From NCBI GenBank assembly GCA_964016885.1, contig OZ024743.1:223696001-223760000 (forward strand): a DNA stretch of 64,000 bases, read 5' to 3'. The stretch comes from Eledone cirrhosa (taxonomy: Eukaryota). Numbering within the stretch: the stretch's first letter is position 1; every line of letters begins with the position of its first letter. Positions 10,716 through 23,300 of the stretch are shown piece by piece. Both the position numbers and the translations under genes were made by a program. The notes beneath the pieces were generated by a model. That model searched no databases. It saw only the letters and a list, made by a program, of their open reading frames with translations, and was not told the DNA's origin.

Positions 10716-13589
10716 TATATATTCACCTTGCTCCCAACAAAAAATATTAAAATTCTGGTCTTTCTATTCAGGTGGTGGAAAACTAATTTTGGCTTTTGTT
10801 ATTTTAAACTTATTTTGAAATAACTGCTTATGTAATATAACCATTTTGGAGCACACATTTCAGTGTGTTTAATTATGTAAGTGTTTTTTTACATGTTTGT
10901 TTATTTTATTTTAAAAATTGCCATTTTTATTGTACAATTTCAAAGTAAAATGCAAAACAGTAAAAATTGCTCACAATATTATTGAAGCATTTAACCAAAG
11001 GACTACAAAGAAACTTGCAGCTCAACAGTGGAGACAAGAGGAAAGTTGTGAATGACCTGTGATTAATAATAACCAATTAGAAGCCATTACTGAAGCAGAC
11101 ACATGTTAAACAACTCTAGAGACTGACTAGTCAACAGTTATTTGACATTTGTACCACCGTGGATAGTAAAAGAAACTTGCCAAATTCGCATTGCACAGTT
11201 ACAATGTTTGTTCTATGCTTCTTTTGTGTAATGATCCAATTATTGATTACATTGCAGCTTGCACTGAAAAATTGATTTTATATAACTGAGAGCATTAAAA
11301 AAAAAAGCCAAAACAGAACAGTGTTGTACTGGGGTCGGTTTAACCCCTCCCTCCAGTTGCTGGCCTTGTGCCTAAATTAAAAACAATTATTAATGTTATT
11401 ATCTCCTAACTTGGTTGTTTTAGGGAATGGTCAAATTTTTCCATATTTGCTTTTAAAAAAATATCGCCCCTCTATGAAGTAAACTTGATGAAAAGTGTTT
11501 TTTTTTATATGAATAATAACAAGTACAGGAAAAGGAGAGGAAAATATCACTTATATGTTGTTGAACAGACTGAAGTACATGTCAACTAGTTTCATATTCA
11601 TCACAAGCCAGTCATAGGTAGTAGCTTACAACTACTTATGGAAAATGTGATGAGCAACAGACACTGCTTTTGTTTATATACATCACAGTCAGGGCCAGAT
11701 TTAATGAAGGGCAAAGGGGAGCAATTGCCACAGGCTCCCTGCAGTGGGAGGCCCCACCAGTGATGGCCGTAGCCATTTATTTGTGCCCTCAGCTGGGCTT
11801 TTTAGTTTTAGATGGTTAGAATTTTTTAATTTAATACCTGTATGTATAACTTTTCAATTCCAATTATTTGTGCCAAGTTATCTTTGATATATAAAATTGG
11901 GTGGTGTGCTGTGTATTAAAAAGTTTTGAGTATGAGCACCTCCACCCCCACCCGAGTCAAACCTGATCTCATTACATTCGTTGGTGACATATATTAAGTG
12001 ATATGACTGGTGGGGTCAGTATGTATGTCATTTAGACACAGACTGTGGCTTGATCAACCTCAGGTCATCTGGATGTTGTTAAACCTGAAATGCCCAGTCA
12101 CTCCTGATTTCAACATTGATGTGTGAAAAAATAAAGAACTGAGACAGTATGTTTATGATAAATTGTAAATAAATTTACATGCATCCATTTGATAAAGATA
12201 CTACCTCACTGTGAACATGGATCCCATGGTTAAATTTCAGGAATTTCCCTAAGAACACAGTGTGTTCATGGAGAAGTTTACTTTCATACATCAAAAGAAG
12301 CTGAATATATTTAAGAAATACAGCTCTTTTTAGAATGCAAAGATTTTATTTACTTATTTAATTTTTTAATGGAAATTGATATTTATCCAAACCCAGATCT
12401 TGTTAGAATTCTCAATTTTTTTTATTATTGTGAAGCTGATAATAAAAATAATAAAAATAATAAATTAGGCATCTTTTACAATGCATAATTTTCAACTTAG
12501 ACTGCATAATTTACAATACATAATTTTTCATATGCAGAAATATATATTTTCCTCCTCCATGATCCAATTAAAACTTTTCTCTTTTTCTCCATTTTTCAAG
12601 CAGCTTTTTAAATGTTCAAAATATTACAAAAATATTCAATTTTAACTAACATATTGACAATTTAAAAGAATCTACACTCTTCAGAAAACAAAATTTTCAG
12701 CTTATAACCACATACAAAAATTTCACAACAGCACTTTTGAATTTTCAGTTTTTTTCTCCTTTTTAAGCAGGTAATAAAATATAAAATCTTTACAAAAATA
12801 ATCATATTTTCTCATATGATATTGGATTTGTTTAGAATACATAATTTCCATCTTCTCTCATATATCAAAATTGATATCCCCCAACCCCTCCTGTAAAACG
12901 TTTCCAGTTTTTGCTATTTTCAAGCAAGTTACAAAATAGTTTAGAATTCAGGCACAAGGTTCACCATATTGCAATTGTAGTTTTGTTGGTCTTATTTGCA
13001 CCAGTTACCAATCTGGTACTTTGTCCAACCTGTGAAGACAAGACTTTTTTTAGGTGACCTTTACTCACCTCATCATAGCTACATCACTGGATTGTGAGAG
13101 TTTTCTTGGGCGCTACAGGTGTCACCCATTGCTCAATCTCTCCTAATAGATATCACTGTTGGTTGCCCATTTATATTGCAACTAACCATCATATCTGGTG
13201 GCTGCATTGCTATCCACCACCTGCAACCCATTCTCTAGTAGAGAAGCTCTGCTGAGAAAGCAGTTCTTAATATTTTTCTTTTTTTTTAGAGGAGTCAATT
13301 AAGCTGACCACTGTACTTGACTGGTATCTTATTTTACTAATCTCAACTAGAATTGAACTCAAAATGTAAAGAGCCGTAACTAAATGTTGCAAAGTATTTT
13401 GTCCAACACCTTGTCTACATATTCTACTCAAAGCCACTGGCCTGTTGAAAAAAGTGCAGATCTTAGTGGTGGTTGTAGTGGACCACACCTTACATCATTC
13501 TGTGCAAAATGCCATGCCCCTAGCCAGCTCTGTGCATTTTTTAATACAATGAATTCAGTATGGTTAAATGTAAGCACCTATAAAGATAT

Positions 13590-13880
13590 GTTGTTGCTGT
13601 TGTAGGACCTCTGTCTGTTACAACAATGAGTATTTCAGTTGTTTGATCAATGAAACAGCCTGCTTGTGAAATTGATGTGCACATGACTAAGCATTCCACA
13701 GACACGTGTACACTTAACCCAGTGTGTGACAAGACTGGCCCTTTAAATTAAAGGTACAACAGGTTTTTGTCAGCTAATTGAACTGGAGCAATGTGAAATA
13801 AAATATCTTATTCAAGGTTACAATGTGCCACCAGTAAGCGAACCTTTGACAATACGATTATGAGCCAAACACCCTTCTGA
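13590..13880 (-). mobile_element. Degenerate CORE-type SINE (family C-like)
   Basis: Plus-strand ACTGGAGCAATGTGAAATAAAATATCTTATTCAAGGTTACAATG resembles the reverse complement of the family C core at ~9920-9960. Confidence 0.55.
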
Positions 13881-15607
13881 AACTGGTTGAAAATTTCTTT
13901 AGGAGTAACTTTCTATGATTCTTTCACAAAACTAAAACCCCAACCAAAGCTCTAGTCATGTTAGAAGAAGAGTTACTATTAAAAAGTGTCCATCTAACAA
14001 TAAAATGATAAATTACCATGTAGCAATTTGAAAGCTTTCGCAGCTGTTTCAGACTTTACTAAAAAGTTACAATGACAGTAAATAATAAAAATGTTAATAT
14101 TTGTTATTGATTCTGGAATCACAGAAACATTTATTTGCATTTCCGCTTTTCACAATTAATTTGCCATTAATATGGAATTAATTAAATCTGTTTCTATGAT
14201 TACAATGACGTTTTCAACACTCATGAAAATAATTAGGGGTTTTACTATCGTGATATTACTCTTAATTCTTAATTGTGAAAATATCAAATTTTCAATAACA
14301 GATGGTCTTTATTGTTGAGATGAAGGTTTATTTCTCATATAAAAAATGTGGCAATTAAATATAATGGTATATTGATTCACAGTTCCTTTAAGTACTGCTA
14401 ATCATAATATACATGCTGTTTTATTCATTATTAAACAAAGTCAGCATATATGTCAAAATACTATAGATTATGTATGGATTCAGCATGCAAAATCAGCAAA
14501 AGTATATTATAATAAGTATGTTATCAATCCTTTCAATTTAAGTCCTAACTGTTATGCTTATGGAGTCTCCTTGAATGTTTATGAGCAAAAGGTCTTCATA
14601 AAAATTGTAATGCTGTTAATATTCCTAATAAATTTGTTCAGAAAAAAGATTATTATTATGTTTTTTTTCTTTGAAAACCAATTGTTTATTGAAAGGAGGG
14701 TATAATAGAAACTCCATGGCATACCCAGGTTTTAGTAATGAAAAATTCCTAATAAACTAAACAGGGTGGTAGATTATTCAGAAACTGTTGATCAACTTAT
14801 TTTTTTAGATACATATTCTTAACCTTTAATATGTGAGTGTTGGGCTTATAATCATAATGTCATAGGTCAATTCCTAGACCAAGTTGTGTGTTGTGTTCTA
14901 AAGCAAAACATTTCCCATTCAAATTCTGCCAAAAATCAATTTTGACTTTAAAATTCTTCTAGAGTTAAAAATATCAGATATGTACTGGGTTTAATATTAA
15001 TAATAATAATGAAAATTATTGTGTACAGTGCTCAGGTGCACTACAACTCATCAAAGGTGCATGTCTAGTACACAGAATAATTTACAAATGTCAGGAAAGT
15101 GAATAGTGTATGACTTTACATTTCCCCAAATTGCTGTCTTCATGCCTAAATTAGAAATCTGTATTATAGATACTTTCTCTATAATTTACTTTTTCAAAGG
15201 TTTCTCTTAACTTTGTGAATATGTGAAATACAAAAGTGTATCTTTCAACATAGATGATGTTTAAAAAAAATGTCTCTCTTGTAAAGATTCTGCTTCAGTT
15301 ATGCCATAGCTTTTTTTGCCCTAAATCTGCCAAGCTAAAACATGCCTGTAAGGAAAGGCATCCAGCTGTAGAAAGCTTGCCAAACAAAGGATTAGGGGGA
15401 ACCTTCAGTTGTGTCAAAGGTATGACAACCTCCCTGTCTACTTGGTAGAATGTGGGACCTTATGTAAGCAAGATGCAGATATCTGACCTGTCTGGGAGGT
15501 TAGTAGCCTTGCTTCAGTACTGACTTGGTCTCTGTAGACCTATACAACATTTACAATCAGGGAAAGTATTCATTAAAATGACAGCGATGGTGATGATATA
15601 TATATAT

Positions 15608-15711
15608 ATAGGAACAAGTATGACCCCGACGGCAGAGCTCAAGCTGTCGGGGGACAGAATTAGCTGTCGAAACGGCTTGAGCTCTGCCGTCGGGGACATA
15701 CTTGTTCCTAT
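15608..15711. repeat. GC-rich hairpin element adjoining (TA)n
   Basis: ATAGGAACAAGTATGACCCCGACGGCAGAGCTCAAGC ... GCTTGAGCTCTGCCGTCGGGGACATACTTGTTCCTAT, with (TA)n at about 15594-15610 and 15789-15803. Confidence 0.85.
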
Positions 15712-15928
15712 TACCCACTCTACTACCCTAAGTATTGAGTACTTTGGTGCGTTATGGTCCATCTGGTTCCTTACCACATTTCCTTCGTTATATATATATA
15801 TATGTAGGAGGTGAGTAATATTGTAGAACAATAAAACTATGCATATATCAGATAAGTAGCACTCGACAGTTGGTAGAACTTGAGTATATATAAAGAAGAA
15901 ATTAAAAGATGGTTAAAAAAGTTCCATA

Positions 15929-15998
15929 TATTTTATTATGTGCATTTCGAAAACATCATCATCCTGGGACAAAAATTGTGTTCTCATCAGATAAAATA
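15929..15998 (-). ncRNA. Mirror copy of the hammerhead-like motif in the left arm
   Basis: Minus strand reads TATTTTAT-CTGATGA-GAACA...TGTTTTC-GAAA-TGCACATA-ATAAAATA. Confidence 0.6.
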
Positions 15999-16107
15999 AG
16001 GAAACATGATATGAGGCCTAAAAATACTTGTGAACAAGAAAGTAAATATATGTTGACTGGACACTTTCTTGTTCACAAGTGTTTTTAGGCCTCATATCAT
16101 GTTACCT

Positions 16108-16174
16108 TATTTTATCTGATGAGAACACAATTTTTGTCCCAGGATGATGTTTTCGAAATGCGCATAATAAAATA
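16108..16174 (+). ncRNA. Type I hammerhead ribozyme-like motif
   Basis: Stem I TATTTTAT/ATAAAATA, core CTGATGA (16116-16122), imperfect stem II GAACA.../...TGTTTTC, GAAA (16155-16158), palindromic stem III ATGCGCAT, cleavage triplet ATA. Confidence 0.65.
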
Positions 16175-16404
16175 TATGGAACTTTTTTAACCATGTTTTA
16201 ATTTCTTCTTTATATATATATATATACACACACACACATATATATATACACATACATATACTTATGTAAACAAAGAGAAAAGAGAATACTTAATAGTGAA
16301 AGTAGTGTTATGTATATTTTATTGGAATCTGAAAATTAACAAATCTTACATCCAAGTTTCCAATCTTTTTATGATTATAAAAAGTATATATATATATACT
16401 TTAT

Positions 16405-16891
16405 ATAAAATTTATATAAAAATAATATACTGTAATATATATATATATATATATATATATGAAAATAGGGAGAAAAAGACGATTATTAGGAATAAACATT
16501 TTTTTTTTTTCCTTTTATTTTTTCATTTTTTTCTGGGTTAGAAAATGTTTAAAACAAAATATTTTACTTTGTGTGAAGTGTTAAGGTATTAGTTAATTTA
16601 TTTATTAATTAACATATAAATAAATAAATAAATAAATAAATAAATGCCATTGTTAATTAATAAATAAATTAACTAATACCTTAACACTTCACACAAAGTA
16701 AAATATTTTGTTTTAAACATTATCTAACCCAGAAAAAAGAGAAAAAAATATTTTTTTCTTCCTAATAATTGTCTTTTTCTCCCTATTTTCATATATATAT
16801 ATTCCAACTCGTGTGCTCCTTCTCCACATTTTATTATATATATATATAGAGAGAGATATATATTACAGTATATTATTTTTATATAAATTTT
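16405..16891. repeat. AT-rich fold-back palindrome around a (TAAA)n loop
   Basis: About 16405-16614 is the reverse complement of about 16651-16891 with internal indels, e.g. TTTTACTTTGTGTGAAGTGTTAAGGTATTAG vs CTAATACCTTAACACTTCACACAAAGTAAAA. Confidence 0.85.
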
Positions 16892-18744
16892 GCTTATAAT
16901 TATTTATAATTTTTGTTCATTTTTTTCTTTCAACAAAATGTATATATTTGATCAACTCACACTTAACATGAGATTCCTGTTACAAATGGGGAAATGTGTA
17001 GGGAATTGAATTAAGAACATGGAATAGAAGTGTTGATACTGATCCTAATTTTAATTATTTATATATTGCTTCTGTTCAAATGTGTAGATAGATTCTTTTT
17101 ATCTGTTTTACCTTGTGTAATAGGATCAGTGAACATTCGTTTAGAATATGGTTAGCGAATATATGGTAGAGAAACACTTAAATGTAAGGAAATTAGAAAA
17201 TTAAAAAAACCCCAAACTGTACAAAATATAATCACTTTTTATCAACACTACATAAGGTTAACATAATATTACTATGTAGAAAATGTAAAATACACCATAA
17301 ATCCCACATTTATTACAATAACAGTAATATAATGTAGTCTATGCATTTGTTTTATGTAATGAATGCTAGGCTGAATGATAAATACCTATAGAACACATAA
17401 TTTTCTTGTTTTCAAAGAAGATGGAATACTTCATGTTTTAAAGTGAAGTCACTGTGAAAGAAATTATTGACAGGAATAGCTAGCAAAGCATATAAATCTT
17501 ACTGGCATAGATTTGATAAGAATTTAGGAGAACCTTCAAAGACTTGAATTTTTCATCTGGTTTTATAACTTGCTGCCATGTGATTAAAATGGAGTTGAAC
17601 ATAAAATTTTCATATATAAGTTGACAGGTACTGTATCCAATCAAAGGTACAATATACGAATCAGAGAGGAGTGTTAATGTACAAGGCAAATACAGTTACT
17701 TAGTGTGTCTGAAGGCATAAATGAGTAATGATTGATTCTAATTATGGACCAAATGTTCCCCCAAACTATATAACACAGTACAGCATGCACAGTTTTCTCT
17801 CTCAACAGACTTGTAATTCTATACTATTCATTATAGCATTTCACATCATCAAACTTCACATACAATGCCACACTATACCATACCTCACATGCCACGCCTT
17901 GTATACCACATCTTGCATACTACACACCACACATTACACCGCATTCCTCATCTATCTAACGACACCTCAAATACCACCTCTCCCATTACTATATCTTTCT
18001 TTATAAATGACAATTTTTAAATTTCAAGGATGTGAAGTTTTGAGTTTGTGAGAAAAGGGTTTAATACATTTGAACATGAATTTTGAAATGTTCTGAACAC
18101 TATGTTGAGATTTACCTTCTTGTAAGGTTGTTTCATAAAAAGCAAATATGGTGTTTGTCCAATGACTAGAATATAAATGGTAAAACTATAGCAATTCTTA
18201 CCACTATCACAAAATATATGTAGAGTGAAATCTTCTGTAGCAAGAGCTGCAGATGGTTTGAGGAAATGTAAGTTGTTCAAGCTGCTGTAGTCTATAGATG
18301 ACACATATCCTCTGGTACGGGAATATTCCAACTAAGACCTCCCTCCCTCCCACAGGTCTTTAATCAATAACTTTCCACTAATTCTCCATCAGTTGGATAG
18401 ATAGGTAATCAGTAGATACATTCAGACTAAGTCTTATAAAGAAGCTCTGAGGAAGTTTTTAACTTAGCAAAAAGCCCAGTGCTTCTCCAGAATAGCCACC
18501 CCGTGATAAATTAATATAAATAAAACAATAGTATAATCTGTATTCTAAATTAGAGTTAGTGTTGTGGTTTGGGTCTAATGTTTAAGGGTGAAGCTATTTT
18601 TAGAGTTAGGGGTTAGGGTTAGGGTTTATTCATGTTTTCTGTTTGTATGGGTGTCAATCTGTTATTAATTAATTTCAGGAAACTGATTGAATTAACACAA
18701 ACTCTAAACTCTAGCACCAATCTTAAACAGTAATCTAACCTTTT

Positions 18745-19065
18745 TATTCTGTTTCCAAAGCCTGAACTTCTTCTCTAGTGCTTCCACAGATTCAGCAATA
18801 AGAACTAAGTCATCAGCATACAGAAGTTCCCCTTTACATCTAGTTTGAAACTCCTTTGTTTTAGTTGAGGCTGATGACTGAGTCCTCATAAATACCTACC
18901 TGCGCATTGAAATCATCACTAATCTCATTACCTTGCTGATAGCTCCTCCTCTGCACATGGCTTGCACTGCTCTCACAAGCCATTCATCTATGTCTTGTTT
19001 CCTTAAGGACCACCAAATGACAGATCATAGTACTCTGTCAAAAACTCTCTCCAGATATCAATGAA
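18745..19065 (-). pseudogene. RTE-LINE reverse-transcriptase fragment
   Basis: ELLYADDLVLIAESVEALEKKFRLWKQ, homologous to the RT segment at ~5860-5940. Confidence 0.8.
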
Positions 19066-19765
19066 AGCTCCAGTGTGGTCATCCTGGTGCTGTCCAATAT
19101 GTCCACTGAAGTTGCTAGCTAGGATGATGAGGTTTCTCTCATCTGTAACTCACATACTTAATTCCACACAAGTTTATTGAGACAATGAGTAATGAAGTGC
19201 TTAAAAGTAGTGTGTTTATTCACTAACCCTTTTAGTGATTTCCTAGGGAAATTTTGTTTTGGTTCTGAGTTCGACATTGTATTTGTATGATTTGAGTTGT
19301 GTATACGAAAATCACAAACAACACAGAACCTTTTTATGAAGAATTTGTGTCATAACTATAAATAACAATTGAAACAAATTTGAGTTTGTAAGAAAAGTCT
19401 TTTAATGAAATTGAATTCTTGTTGTAAAGGTTGTTAATGAGTCAATGAAACATGCTATCAATAATTTGGGAAATGTTGCTTTCACATAGCAAACTGACAC
19501 ACTTTCTGCCTGCGGTTTTCAAATTAGTAATATAGTTAAGTAGTTGATTTGAAGTGAGTTTTGAATTAATCCAGAAAAAAATATGATTTTTGTAAAACAA
19601 AAATTAATATTGAACTGAAGTGAAAGAAATATGGTGATAAGAAGACAATTCATTATGGCAAAACGGTTTGCAGAACTAATTTGAATTTTTAGAATAATTT
19701 TATAAAGAGCAAAATTTGAAATTTGTAGGATAGAATTTTGATTCTCACCTGAGGAAAAAAATCTC

Positions 19766-20332
19766 ACTTTACCATACCTTACATACTGTACCTATCTTTA
19801 CCATACTTTACATACTGTACCTGTCTTTACCATACCTTACATACTGTACCTATCTTTACCATACTTTACATACTGTACCTGTCTTTACCATACCTTACAT
19901 ACTGTACCTATCTTTACCATACTTTACATACTGTACCTGTCTTTACCATAATTTACATACTGTACCTGTCTTTACCATACCTTACATACTGTACCTGTCT
20001 TTACCATACTTTACATACTGTACCTGTCTTTACCATACCTTACATACTGTACCTCACTTTACCATACCTTACATACTGTACCTGTCTTTACCATACCTTA
20101 CATACTGTACCTGTCTTTACCATACTTTACATACTGTACCTGTCTTTACCATACCTTACATACTGTACCTCACTTTACCATACCTTACATACTGTGCCTC
20201 TCTTTACCATACCTTAAATACTGTACCTCACTTTACCATACCTTACATACTGTGCCTCTCTTTACCATACCTTAAATACTGTACCTCACTTTACCATACC
20301 TTACATAAGTACATAACTTTACCATACCTTAA
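19766..20332. repeat. 29-bp minisatellite, ~19 copies
   Basis: Unit TTACCATACCTTACATACTGTACCTGTCT with point variants. Confidence 0.95.
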
Positions 20333-23300
20333 TTAAGATCCTGCACTTTGCCATACCCTACATTACCATACTTAAATATTTGTTACTAAGACTTGCTTGT
20401 TTGTAATTGAATCTCATAGCTTTTCACCTTACCTCATTGTAATATTGTTTTTCTATAGCTCAGTTTTCTACATCACAACTGTCCCATTCAAATTAAATCC
20501 CTTCTCCCCACCACTCTACATCAAACAATACCATATCATACAAAACTTCTCCCCACCACTCTACATCAAACTATATCATACCATACCAAAACAACAGCAA
20601 TTCACAGCCAATCATATATTCTAACTGCAGAAGTTCCAACTTAACCCCACCACTCTATATGATACATCACAAGCACTTCAGACATACAATCTCATCCAGC
20701 CATTAATTCTAGCAAACAACATCTCATCCAGCCATTAATTCTAGCACACAGCACCTCACTCAACCACATATTTCTCTGCATTCTACTATTGATCCCATTA
20801 CTCATTTCACCCTTCAACTCACCACCCCATCTCTCTCTTTACCCTCTATACCATTCATCTCAATTAACCAATCGTTTTTGTGCAACCTCACTTTACCTCT
20901 TCTTTCACTTCACTCTATACTACTCATGCTATCACTCATCTCACTCTTCTACTCATCCCAGCTCACCTCACTCTCCAGCAGCAGCCTATTACATGGGTCG
21001 ACTGAATTACACAATCTAATGTAGTCAGCTTCCTAATATGAAACACAAACAACCACACAACAGGACATATTAACCACCATTCATACCTCTAGATAATATA
21101 TACACAACACATCTCCCAGTAATCATAGCTATAGATAACATATACACCACAACACATCTCCCAGTAATCATAGCTCTAGATAACATATACACCACAACAG
21201 ATCTCCCAGAAATCATAGCTCTAGATAATATATACACAACACATCTCCCAGTAATCATAGCTCTAGATAATATATACACCACAACACATCTCCCAGTAAT
21301 AATAGCTATAGATAACATATACACACACGACACATCTCCCAGTAATAATAGCTCTAGATAATATATACACCACAACACATCTCCCAGTAATAATAGCTCT
21401 AGATAATATATACACCACAACACATCTCCCAGTAATAATAGCTCTAGATAATATATACACCACAACACATCTCCCAGTAATCATAGCTCTAGATAACATA
21501 TACACCACAACACATCTCCCAGTAATAATAGCTCTAGATAATATATACACAACACATCTCCCAGTAATAATAGCTCTAGATAATATATACACCACAACCC
21601 ATCTCCCAGTAATAATAGCTCAGATAACATATACACCACAACACATCTCCCAGTAATCATAGCTCTAGATAATATATACACCACAACACATCTCCCAGTA
21701 ATCATAGCTCTAGATAATATATACACCACAACACATCTCCCAGTAATCATAGCTCTAGATAACATATACACCGCAACACATCTCCCAGTAATCATAGCTC
21801 TAGATAATATATACACTACAACACATCTCCCAGTAATAATAGCTCTAGATAATATATACACCACAACACATCTCCCAGTAATCATAGCTCTAGATAACAT
21901 ATACACCACAACACATCTCCCAGTAATAATAGCTCTAGATAACATATACACCACAACACATCTCCCAGTAATAATAGCTCTAGATAATATATACACCACA
22001 ACACATCTCCCAGTAATAATAGCTCTAGATAACATATACACCACAACACATCTCCCAGTAATCATAGCTCTAGATAATATATACACCACAAGATATTCCC
22101 AGTAATAATAGCTCTAGATAATATATACACCACAACACATCTCCCAGTAATCATAGCTCTAGATAATATATACACCACAACACATCTCCCAGTAATAATA
22201 GCTCTAGATAATATATACACCACAACACATCTCCCAGTAATAATAGCTCTAGATAATATATACACCACAACACATCTCCCAGTAATAATAGCTCAAGATA
22301 ATATATACACCACAACACATCTCCCAGTAATCATAGCTCTAGATAACATATACACCACAACACATCTCCCAGTAATAATAGCTCTAGATAATATATACAC
22401 CACAACACATCTCCCAGTAATAATAGCTCTAGATAACATATGCACCACAACACATCTCCCAGTAATCATAGCTCTAGATAACATATACACCACAACACAT
22501 CTCCCAGTAATCATAGCTCTAGATAATATATACACCACAACACATCTCCCAGTAATAATAGCTCTAGATAATATATACACCACAACACATCTCCCAGTAA
22601 TAATATCTCTAGATAATATATACACCACAACACATCTCCCAGTAATCATAGCTCTAGATAACATATACACCACAACACATCTCCCAGTAATCATAGCTCT
22701 AGATAACATATACACCACAACACATCTCCCAGTAAAAATAGCTCTAGATAATATATACACCACAGCACATCTCCCAGTAATAATAGCTCTAGATAACATA
22801 TACACCACAACACATCTCCCAGTAATCATAGCTCTAGATAATATATACAACACATCTCCCAGTAATCATAGCTCTAGATAATATATACACCAAAACACAT
22901 CTCCCAGTAATCATAGCTCTAGATAATATATACAACACATCTCCCAGTAATCATAGCTCTAGATAATATATACACCACAACACATCTCCCAGTAATAATA
23001 GCTCTAGATAACATATACACCACAACACATCTCCCAGTAATAATAGCTCTAGATAACATATACACCACAACACATCTCCCAGCAATCATAGCTCTAGATA
23101 ATATATACACCACAACACATCTCCCAGTAATCATAGCTCTAGATAATATATACACCACAACACATCTCCCAGTAATCATAGCTCTAGATAATATATACAC
23201 CACAACACATCTCCCAGTAATCATAGCTCTAGATAACATATACACCGCAACACATCTCCCAGTAATCATAGCTCTAGATAATATATACACTACAACACAT

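Larger units (their letters stand above)
15886..16217. mobile_element. Fold-back palindrome (~155-bp arms, ~19-bp loop) with a hammerhead motif in each arm; probable Penelope-like element terminus
   Basis: 15886-16043 is nearly the reverse complement of 16063-16217. Both ends run into TA repeats. Confidence 0.75.

Noticed and set aside
11690-11765. hAT/MITE-like terminus CAGGGCCAGATTTA (also a CAGTGGTGGATT-like end near 2600 on the minus strand)
   Set aside because: No partner inverted terminus or TSD was found, so it is unsupported.
18606-18626. Telomeric TTAGGG repeats
   Set aside because: Only about three imperfect units, too short to call an interstitial telomere.
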